Below, one piece after another: positions 27,801 to 33,384 of a DNA stretch of 38,209 nucleotides. This DNA is from an uncultured bacterium. GTDB lineage: Bacteria; JAJVIF01; JAPKYR01. The stretch covers positions 1-38,209 of the forward strand of contig CBDUUJ010000001.1 in the NCBI GenBank assembly GCA_965370205.1, read 5' to 3'. How positions within the stretch are numbered: position 1 is the first letter of the stretch; every line of letters starts with the position of its first letter. The position numbers and the translations under genes were made by a program. Below the pieces are notes generated by a model. The model ran no database searches. It was not told the origin of the DNA and was given only the letters and a program-made list of their open reading frames with translations.

Positions 27801-28260
27801 TTTCAAGACGGGTCTCATCAGCGCCCGAAAAAATAAGCGATCCGACCGCATACGTTCCCGGCGTGACAAGAATTCCCTTTACATCGAATCCGGCAAGCTG
27901 CGGCGATGTTTCGAACGGATGCGAGAGGGTGATATCGAAAACGAATAGTCCGTTCGCAGGATCATGTTCCGACGGAACCCCTGCTGCGGAAACTCCCATC
28001 GTCGTGTTCAGTATCCCGGTCAGATTAAAATGCCATTCTGATGACCTGAGAGGAGTCGCATCAACTTCCATCGCGTCGGTATTGATAATCAGCGTGTAGT
28101 ATCCAAAACACTGATGCGATTGCCCGGCATCACCGGATGTCACAGCGGAAGAGTTAGAATCTGCGCTTGAATCGGGAACGGTTGGAGCATCCTGACATCC
28201 CGGAAGAACCAGCAGGATTATCAAAACCACGAATGCTGATAAATAAATTGCTCGGGGCAT
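24844..28260 (-). CDS. Array paralogue 7 of 7 (promoter-proximal): predicted surface lipoprotein, same architecture, 1138 aa
   Basis: The ATG at 28260 has AAGGAG 8 nt upstream. The product begins MPRAIYLSAFVVLIILLVLPG|C (LPGC). It has the conserved N-module (SHQCFGYY...LDIPDPEC), a PPC-like module (TNNQFNEA......DDYKDFFEFDI...FGLYDD...GHFYLRV), blades and C-terminal VRIWDLY. Confidence 0.9.
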   Translation of the reverse strand: MPRAIYLSAFVVLIILLVLPGCQDAPTVPDSSADSNSSAVTSGDAGQSHQCFGYYTLIINTDAMEVDATPLRSSEWHFNLTGILNTTMGVSAAGVPSEHDPANGLFVFDITLSHPFETSPQLAGFDVKGILVTPGTYAVGSLIFSGADETRLENADGYTRWWNPTEFTSPGMLGYEDGILASAPGSSLTATVNPYKYFADILYPISSLGAVCYEPLDSDQGRGVFTAGSNNTRRYEIRFPMDPGPQIVYGYAIDCSWNPPSPNPPTEVPDDFPMNANQPEAYRIGIKTTANTLYYDSESGIGGGVLRLEAGIFDWQGQAAGNIPPELSTVRFVAPDLMSSGVDGILHEQTPEKAVYTVDLTGVAVPTEAGGTLVVCRVASSDGSTYKQTAMPAPDDSLSAYNVIALDIPDPECTADTNNQFNEAFDLDLNEPTIDQMCAPDDYKDFFEFDIPWGNLVAGEMTLYCDAEPTDFGLYDDSEALISEVAVSGGVASIDFGALGIMLGHFYLRVLTQTSGHAFIYMIEPNIELEDVTPLDPVNVTPDGLCFNPTWVTAYGQLAFASGKNGLWVYDYGADKFDPPLLSHVEINIGQKPALVHPYIYLVDSFSTLNISMIDMTDPSNPVLHKDIMLAGGAVNCLQAEPDYLYLGLETSNIDIYDIATDPTAPVLVATIPHYKPPQEMELLYNAYGPDYWLVVSENYLMVNFYNVTDKSAIPAPGIISYLSGTSIRDITTIDNYCFHVMYDSGANNYFVSTYIDANGLVSKDSDSLVYSPNLVDVEGDFGFVANDLHIMKMDISNPNDPVHVANYTLDDAKMLDMDIEGQYAWYALGEAGLRMIGFPGLNDFGRTIGLGDPSELAIDGDYMFATESADPYYAIKSVDISDPANAFIADELILGYWPSRIEVNGDKLIAAVNGQYFMTVDSSDPSLLVGMDVYDTAKWVLSIGLTDTALYIGHLDWTFGVWDISNWSLPSYVKSIAVTELAKQFLFKDNIMYARSGGDILVYSINNPLDPNYIDTYTALASVTNMTIDGDYLYMATEDTLEIADISNPQTPTFVASEPHPDAPHGQYIAVENQFAILQPYWTTPPAVMRVWPLDDPTVIGPLYGSEYAVKPNQVLIHDGYYYELDPDFIVRIWDLY
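27022..28116 (-). repeat. Conserved 5' module, copy 7 of 7
   Basis: Same alignment as copy 1. The boundary Cys codon is at 27022-27024. Confidence 0.9.
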
Positions 28261-28290
28261 AAGGAACTCTCCTTAATCCAGGTTAAATTA

Positions 28291-28320
28291 ATTATACCAC
28301 TGTATTTTCCAAAAAAAAAA
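28291..28320 (-). promoter_or_regulatory. Extended -10 promoter (TGgTATAAT) for paralogue 7, with a T10 tract occupying the -35 position
   Basis: The minus strand reads TTTTTTTTTTGGAAAATACAGTGGTATAATTAATTTAACCTGGATTAAGGAGAGTTCCTTATG. The extended -10 is perfect and lies 30 nt from the ATG. Counting a 17-nt spacer places the -35 hexamer inside the T10 run (28311-28320). Confidence 0.45.
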
Positions 28321-28343
28321 GGAGGGGCGATCTCCGGTCGCCC
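28321..28343. other. GC-rich hairpin abutting the homopolymer (orphan terminator-like structure on the minus strand)
   Basis: GGGCGA-TCTCCGG-TCGCCC is a 6-bp perfect stem at 28325-28343. An alternative, mutually exclusive stem pairs GGAG (28321-28324) with CTCC (28332-28335). Read on the minus strand, the hairpin is followed by CTCC and T10. No minus-strand gene lies upstream for it to terminate. Confidence 0.3.
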
Positions 28344-28347
28344 GGCT

Positions 28348-28367
28348 TGATGACGTCCCCGTCATCA
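28348..28367. promoter_or_regulatory. Perfect 8-bp inverted repeat TGATGACG-N4-CGTCATCA (operator-like) in the divergent intergenic region
   Basis: Read directly from the sequence: TGATGACG tccc CGTCATCA. It overlaps the -35 zone of the putative plus-strand promoter and lies ~50 nt upstream of the -10 of the array promoter. Confidence 0.35.
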
Positions 28368-28380
28368 TCTGCGCTATAAT
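28350..28380 (+). promoter_or_regulatory. Putative promoter of the heparinase-like gene (ATGACG - 19 nt - TATAAT), implying a leaderless mRNA
   Basis: A perfect TATAAT sits at 28375-28380, only 6 nt before the ATG at 28387, and there is no Shine-Dalgarno in between (ATACCC). The -35 is weak and the spacing is long. Confidence 0.35.
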
Positions 28381-28386
28381 ATACCC

Positions 28387-30477
28387 ATGCCGGACGATAT
28401 TGACATCCTTCGCTACCGATGGCTACGTGTTCTGCTCGGCGCGATTATCGTTGTCGCCGTGGTAAGCTGCCTTATCGCTCTCCTCATACGATGGACCACG
28501 ACATGGTCTCCCCCCGGCGTCGTGACAATACCTCCATCCCCGATCGTCGATGTCTCACTGGAAAATCACCCGCGTCTCATCGCGACAAATCCGGCTATCG
28601 AAAATCTGGCTTCAGCCCCCGATTCTCCCGAGTACAAACGGATCATGGCGAAAGCCGACCAATTCTACGATGAATACCTCATCGACCCGCTCCAGGGCGA
28701 CACCATCTATCCCGGATATTTCGCGCTCGCATGGAGAATTTCAGCCGAGGACCGTTACCTCGACGCCGCCCGCGATATGGTTTTCAATCACTGCAGCTTC
28801 CCCCGGTGGCAAAGGAAACCGGAGAGCGCGAATTTTTATAAAATTGAACTCGCCTATGCCCTCGGCCTTGCATACGACCTTCTCTACGATCAATTCACAG
28901 AGAAAGAAAGAGCGGGAATTGAGGAAAACCTGTCCGAAGTCCTCGACGGGCTTCTGTGGCATCTGCAGGGAAAACCCGCGCCGCCGTTCTGGCATGACGC
29001 GCCACACTCGAATTATTACGTCGCGCAGCATTCAGCCGCCGGACTGCTCGCGTTGTGTCTTGGCGACGCGTATCCCCGATGGAATGAGGCTCTCGCATAT
29101 TCATACAGCGGATTGCAACCGTCAATCGATCTTCTTGAAAAGGACGGCGGATGGATAGAGGGGCTTACCTATCTCGATTTCTGCTGGGGACAGCACGCTC
29201 TCCTCTTTCTGAATTCGCTCAGAGTCAACAACGGTCCGAACCGCCTTGAGGAGGATTGGTACGAGACAAGCGTACGATTCGCGCTCGCTGGAATTCTGCC
29301 GTCCGGGATCGAGCAGATAAATTTCGGCGACAATATCAAGGACCCGATCGCGTCATGGGGATACGTCTTCCGGGCAAAAGCTTTTTTCGATTCACCGTTT
29401 CTGGGTGACCATATCGATCGATACCTCCCGAATCCCGATTACCCGCTCGTACCCCTCGACGCGCTCCTGATCCAGGCAATTCTCCAGTTCGACCCATCGC
29501 TTCCGCTCACCAGTTTCGATGAACCCGAACCGTGTCTCTATTTCCCGGGAATCGAATGGGCGATCCTCCGCGAAAACTGGACCGATCCGAAATGCTTTTT
29601 CTTCGCGACAAAGGCGGGTTACGGCGGCTGGGATCACAATCACGTCGATCAGGGCACGTTCATCCTGGCTTTTGATGGCGAAACATTCATCACTGACCCC
29701 GGCAGAGGCAATTTCAACGAACGGAAAAATCCCTCTGTTAATAATTACATCGCCGGTCCGCTCGGACACAGCGTTTTCATCCCGGGAACAGATAACAACG
29801 CGTGTTTCTGGGATGACTTCACGATGTATTCAGAAAACGCGCAGTATCGTCAGACCGACGCGAAGATCGAAAACTGGCTTGACAATATCGTCAATACTCA
29901 GTTCACGCTAAATCTTGACGGCGCGTATCCCTCCGAGGACGTTGGCAGATGGCATCGGCACATATGCTGGATAAAACCGTATCTGTTCAGAGAGGATGGA
30001 GCGTTATTTATTCTCGATGAAACGGACACTCCCGGTCACATACAATTCATAACACCCCGGACGAATATCGTCGACCGTGAAGGGCCTGAGTACACATTTG
30101 TCGACTCAATCGCTGAGCAGGGACGTGCGGAACTCCTCGTTGAAACCGTTCCCTATGATGGAGTTGCTCTTGAGGGGAAAAACAGCAATCTCGGATTCCT
30201 TGGGTACCAGCCGGATAGCGATGTGTTATACGGAATTGAGGAATTATCCGATTCACTCACTGATTTATCAGTACTGAAGATAGATAATAAATCCGGTGAT
30301 GGCTTCAAATGGGTTCTTACAATACTAATGCCCTGGGATGATATCGATCCGGTCGAGGTTAAAATCGATGAATTACCCGATGGATTTGTCATTGCTTTAA
30401 GGAATTCAATATTTACAATCAGTCAGGACAATGACGGGAACTGGCTGATTAACCCGGGATATCAGCCCATAGAATAA
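28387..30477 (+). CDS. Membrane-anchored heparinase II/III-like (polysaccharide-lyase superfamily) protein, 696 aa
   Basis: An N-terminal signal-anchor helix (RYRWLRVLLGAIIVVAVVSCLIALLIRW) is followed by an alpha-rich region beginning NHPRLIATNPAIENL. The C-terminal motif GGWDHNHVDQGTFILAFDGETFITDPGRGNF matches the H-x-H-x-D...G...D-x-G pattern typical of heparinase II/III-like domains. The family call rests on motif recognition only. Confidence 0.6.
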   Translation: MPDDIDILRYRWLRVLLGAIIVVAVVSCLIALLIRWTTTWSPPGVVTIPPSPIVDVSLENHPRLIATNPAIENLASAPDSPEYKRIMAKADQFYDEYLIDPLQGDTIYPGYFALAWRISAEDRYLDAARDMVFNHCSFPRWQRKPESANFYKIELAYALGLAYDLLYDQFTEKERAGIEENLSEVLDGLLWHLQGKPAPPFWHDAPHSNYYVAQHSAAGLLALCLGDAYPRWNEALAYSYSGLQPSIDLLEKDGGWIEGLTYLDFCWGQHALLFLNSLRVNNGPNRLEEDWYETSVRFALAGILPSGIEQINFGDNIKDPIASWGYVFRAKAFFDSPFLGDHIDRYLPNPDYPLVPLDALLIQAILQFDPSLPLTSFDEPEPCLYFPGIEWAILRENWTDPKCFFFATKAGYGGWDHNHVDQGTFILAFDGETFITDPGRGNFNERKNPSVNNYIAGPLGHSVFIPGTDNNACFWDDFTMYSENAQYRQTDAKIENWLDNIVNTQFTLNLDGAYPSEDVGRWHRHICWIKPYLFREDGALFILDETDTPGHIQFITPRTNIVDREGPEYTFVDSIAEQGRAELLVETVPYDGVALEGKNSNLGFLGYQPDSDVLYGIEELSDSLTDLSVLKIDNKSGDGFKWVLTILMPWDDIDPVEVKIDELPDGFVIALRNSIFTISQDNDGNWLINPGYQPIE

Positions 30478-30510
30478 AAAATATCCCCCCGGATGGCTCC
30501 AGGGGGTTTG
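30476..30510. terminator. Bidirectional rho-independent terminator
   Basis: CCCCCCGGA-TGGC-TCCAGGGGG is 8 bp with one C/A mismatch. It is flanked by AAAAAATAT on the left and TTTG..ATATTTTT on the right. It therefore gives a hairpin plus U-tract on either strand, immediately after the stop of the heparinase-like gene. Confidence 0.55.
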
Positions 30511-30607
30511 TCAATATTTTTCCCTCCCCTTGCTCCTCGGACATCTTCCCGCAGGTTCTCCCATATCTCCTCATCCTGCACCGAGATATCAATTTACATG
30601 ATTTTTC

Positions 30608-30832
30608 TCAGCCTGATCCATCCGTCGGACCGACCAGACCCATCGCCCACTCAAGTTCTTCTGAATGCGCGCAATCCTTTTCCTTTTCTGCCTGTTCGGG
30701 TTTTTTCTCGACGTGACCGTCTCCTCCCACCGGTTTGTTCATTAACTTGTGAAGCCTGTAGCGCAACTCATACATACGCTCCGACCGCCCGTTCTCCATT
30801 TCGTTCCGCCAGTGCGCCGGTATAAACATCAC
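30608..30832 (-). CDS. Hypothetical small protein (74 aa), doubtful
   Basis: A GTG/ATG start is preceded by GGAGGAGG (7 nt spacer). The product is charged with no recognisable motif (MFIPAHWRNEMENGRSERMYELRYRLHKLMNK...). It is the only ORF in a 0.7-kb gap with a plausible SD, and the bidirectional terminator lies ~100 nt downstream. Confidence 0.3.
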   Translation of the reverse strand: MMFIPAHWRNEMENGRSERMYELRYRLHKLMNKPVGGDGHVEKKPEQAEKEKDCAHSEELEWAMGLVGPTDGSG

Positions 30833-31133
30833 TCATCATCCTCCTCCATTACTGGAATACGGCATTGCCACCCTTGCGGACACAATCACCGCTCAAATTG
30901 GAGCCACACTGTTCATCGCAATGGAAACCTCAGCCTCGGCACCGACAAAAAACCGCAACAACCTGAATAGAGTCGCCAAATCTAAATCTGTTACCACATC
31001 AAATTAAAGAGTTAATCCCCGCTTCCTCTTCCTGATATTGATCAATCTGAAAATAGCACTTTTTTGATGAATTTTCCAGCATTAATCAAATTTTATCAAA
31101 TTATTTTTATATGCGCTTATTTAAAAACATAAT

Positions 31134-31159
31134 AAAAAAAGCCGCCCCGACAGGGTGGC
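31134..31159 (-). terminator. Rho-independent terminator after rpsI
   Basis: The minus strand reads GCCACCC-TGTCG-GGGCGGC followed by TTTTTTT. This is a GC-rich stem with one A/C mismatch, 40 nt downstream of the rpsI stop. Confidence 0.55.
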
Positions 31160-31198
31160 TCATTTTCATGATATTTTAAAGCAATTCGTTTTTGATAT

Positions 31199-31594
31199 TT
31201 ATCTCTTGCTGAACTGGAACTTCTTGCGGGCTTTCTTCTGGCCGTACTTCTTGCGCTCCTTGACCTTTGCGTTCCTGGTCAGACAGCCCGACTCCTTCAA
31301 CTGCTGGCGGAATGTAGCGTCGAACTCCACAAGTGCTCTCGATATCCCCAGCTTGAGCGCGTCGGCATGACCCGCGACACCCCCGCCGTGAATCATCGCG
31401 ATAACATTGAAATCATCCTGTCGTCCGATGACTTCGAACGGCAGCAGGATATCGTCCATATGCTTCTTGCGCGGGAAATAATTCTTCGCCTCCACGCCAT
31501 TCACAAGGATCTTGCCTTCGCCTCTTGCGATTCGGACACGGGCAATCGCGCATTTGCGCTTTCCGGTTCCCCATACGTAGGTTACATCTGCCAT
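31199..31594 (-). CDS. rpsI: 30S ribosomal protein S9
   Basis: The product shows GTGKRKCAIARVRI...GGGVAGHADALKLGISRAL...LTRNAKVKERKKYGQKKARKKFQFSKR, a canonical S9 with the conserved C-terminal KR. The start overlaps the rplM stop by 1 nt (TAATG). Confidence 0.97.
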   Translation of the reverse strand: MADVTYVWGTGKRKCAIARVRIARGEGKILVNGVEAKNYFPRKKHMDDILLPFEVIGRQDDFNVIAMIHGGGVAGHADALKLGISRALVEFDATFRQQLKESGCLTRNAKVKERKKYGQKKARKKFQFSKR

Positions 31595-32067
31595 TATTTC
31601 TTCTCTCCTCGCACCTTGCTCTCAAGGATGTAAGCCGGAAACTCCTCGGGTTGCTGCGCGGCGAACTTATGCGTCGGACCCTTGTCTGAGTAGACCTTGA
31701 GTTTCTTCAAAATAGCCCTGCCGAGACGGTTTTTCGGGAGCATGTTCTTGACCGCCAGCTCTATAACCCGTCTCGGGTCGCGTTTCATCATTTCCTCGAA
31801 GGTGCGGCTTCGTATCGATCCAGGATACCCGGAGTGACGCCAGTACAGCTTGTCGGTCCCTTTCTTTCCGGTGACCCTGACCTTTGACGCGTTGATGACG
31901 ATCACGAAATCGCCGTTATCGACATGCGGCGCGAAATCGGCCTTGTGCTTGCCCAATAGCACCATCGCGATCGCGCTCGCGGCGCGACCCAGCACAAGCC
32001 CGTCAATGTCCAGTATGTACCACCGGCGCTCGACAGTCGTTTTATTCGGTGTATAAGTCTTAACCAT
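31594..32067 (-). CDS. rplM: 50S ribosomal protein L13
   Basis: The product MVKTYTPNKTTVERRWYILDIDGLVLGRAAS...VIVINASKVRVTGKK...YWRHSGYPGSIRS is a canonical L13. Confidence 0.97.
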   Translation of the reverse strand: MVKTYTPNKTTVERRWYILDIDGLVLGRAASAIAMVLLGKHKADFAPHVDNGDFVIVINASKVRVTGKKGTDKLYWRHSGYPGSIRSRTFEEMMKRDPRRVIELAVKNMLPKNRLGRAILKKLKVYSDKGPTHKFAAQQPEEFPAYILESKVRGEKK

Positions 32068-32135
32068 TATCTTCCATCACCACGAGCGGGAACATCATCC
32101 GGCTCGCATTTTTAAAATATATTTCCCTTTCTTTC

Positions 32136-32984
32136 TCATGAACCAACCGTATCTCCCGCCGCCTCAAGCATCTCCTTGTCCGAGTAAAGAACCCTCTCCA
32201 GAAAAAGTCCCTTCGGCGACGCGTTATATCTGATGCTCCCTTTCTCCGGATTCGCAAGCGCTTTTCCAGCCGCGCCTTCGTTCTCCCGTCCCTGGGCGAT
32301 AGCGATCAGCAATCCCGTCATCCGTCTAATCATCTGGTAGAGGAACCCCGATCCAGTAAACCTGATCTCGATCAGCGGTTCGTCTTCGATCACCTTGACC
32401 CGACGGATTGTCTTCACCGGATTCTCGCCCTCTTCAAGCCTCGGTGAGAAACTCCGAAAGTCATGCTCGCCCTCTAATTCCGCCGCCGCATTCCTGACGG
32501 CATCGAGATCGAACGGCTTGTGCTCCTCGATGAACAGGACATAATGCCTGGACATCGGCGGAAGCTCCTTCGCTCTCAGAATCCGATAGAGATAGCCTTT
32601 TCCAACCGAGGAATACCTCGCGTGGAAACCGAAATCCACCTCCCGGACCTCTGTCGCGCGGACATCGCCGGGAAGAAGCCCGTTTAACGCCCGGTAAATC
32701 TCATCGGTCGATCTCGGAGCGCTCGTCCGGAACGATATCACCTGTCCGGTCGCGTGAACTCCCGCGTCTGTTCGGCTCGCTACCTTCACCCTTACAGGAT
32801 GGGCCAGTACCCTGGTCAGAACCCGGTTTACAACAGAAACAACCGTGCGATCATTTTTCTGCAACTGACTTCCCGCGAACCCGCTGCCATCGTAGGCCAG
32901 CGTGATCCGGAAAGCCCGGAGCAATGGTCGGTTCATGATTTCAAGGTTCACATTCCCGCCCGTATCAGATAACCCGCCGTTCAT
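32136..32984 (-). CDS. truA: tRNA pseudouridine(38-40) synthase TruA
   Basis: The product shows FRITLAYDGSGFAGSQLQ...VASRTDAGVHATGQVISF (catalytic Asp motif RTDAGVHA). The ATG at 32984 has GAGGAG 9 nt upstream, within the rplQ 3' end. An alternative internal start at 32936 (MNRPLL) cannot be excluded. Confidence 0.9.
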   Translation of the reverse strand: MNGGLSDTGGNVNLEIMNRPLLRAFRITLAYDGSGFAGSQLQKNDRTVVSVVNRVLTRVLAHPVRVKVASRTDAGVHATGQVISFRTSAPRSTDEIYRALNGLLPGDVRATEVREVDFGFHARYSSVGKGYLYRILRAKELPPMSRHYVLFIEEHKPFDLDAVRNAAAELEGEHDFRSFSPRLEEGENPVKTIRRVKVIEDEPLIEIRFTGSGFLYQMIRRMTGLLIAIAQGRENEGAAGKALANPEKGSIRYNASPKGLFLERVLYSDKEMLEAAGDTVGS

Positions 32985-32990
32985 GGAGGG

Positions 32991-33350
32991 TTACTCCTCA
33001 AGGTTAAAAGTAATTACCGCAAGCTCAGCGCCGTCGCCGCGACGTTTGCCGGCGTTGAACACGCTGACCTCGCCGCCGCCTTCACTCATCAGCTTCGGCA
33101 CAATTTCGTGCGTAAGTTTTTTGATCAGGTTCCGATCGCTGATAACTTTACGAAGCTGCCTGAGGCTGGCTACATCGCCCTTGCGCGCCCATGTGACAAG
33201 TTTCTGCATATACCGGGCGAGCGCTTTAGCCTTCGCGCGCGACGTCATTATTTCACCGTGCTCGATCAGGCTTTTCGCCAGGTTTTTCAGAAGCGCCAGA
33301 CGCTGATCCGTCGGACGGCCTATTTTCTTATGTCCGTGTAAATGTCTCAT
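32991..33350 (-). CDS. rplQ: 50S ribosomal protein L17
   Basis: The product MRHLHGHKKIGRPTDQRLALLKNLAKSLIEHGEIMTSRAKAKALARYMQKLVTWA is a canonical L17. Confidence 0.96.
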   Translation of the reverse strand: MRHLHGHKKIGRPTDQRLALLKNLAKSLIEHGEIMTSRAKAKALARYMQKLVTWARKGDVASLRQLRKVISDRNLIKKLTHEIVPKLMSEGGGEVSVFNAGKRRGDGAELAVITFNLEE

Positions 33351-33384
33351 CGTTTAACACGGCACCGCTTCTTCGGCGGGCCAA

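Noticed and set aside
2888-28260. The regular ~3.5-kb periodic repeats could be a CRISPR array or a satellite.
   Set aside because: The repeat units are 1.1-kb protein-coding modules of full-length genes. There are no short (25-40 nt) direct repeats with unique spacers anywhere in the window, and no cas genes.
2888-28260. A diversity-generating retroelement or a silent-cassette (vls/pilS-type) antigenic variation system could explain the variable 3' halves.
   Set aside because: No reverse transcriptase gene and no short template/variable repeat pair were seen in the window. Differences between copies are not restricted to one base type. All seven copies are complete genes with their own SD and signal peptide rather than promoterless partial cassettes. 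An off-window RT cannot be excluded.
30840-30960. The minus-strand segment GGUGCCGAGGCUGAGG...GGCAAUGCC has a faint resemblance to TPP-riboswitch core elements (GGUGC, CUGAG, AAUGCC).
   Set aside because: The order and spacing of the elements do not fit the TPP consensus (no ACCUGAUCUGG-type P4/P5). The downstream ORF is unrelated to thiamine metabolism.
32060-32257. A 65-aa minus-strand ORF spans the truA 3' end and the spacer. The 110-aa plus-strand ORF at 30493-30825 is considered with it.
   Set aside because: The first overlaps truA out of frame and the rplM leader. The second is Pro/Ser/Arg-rich junk without an SD and runs through the terminator. Neither has recognisable motifs.
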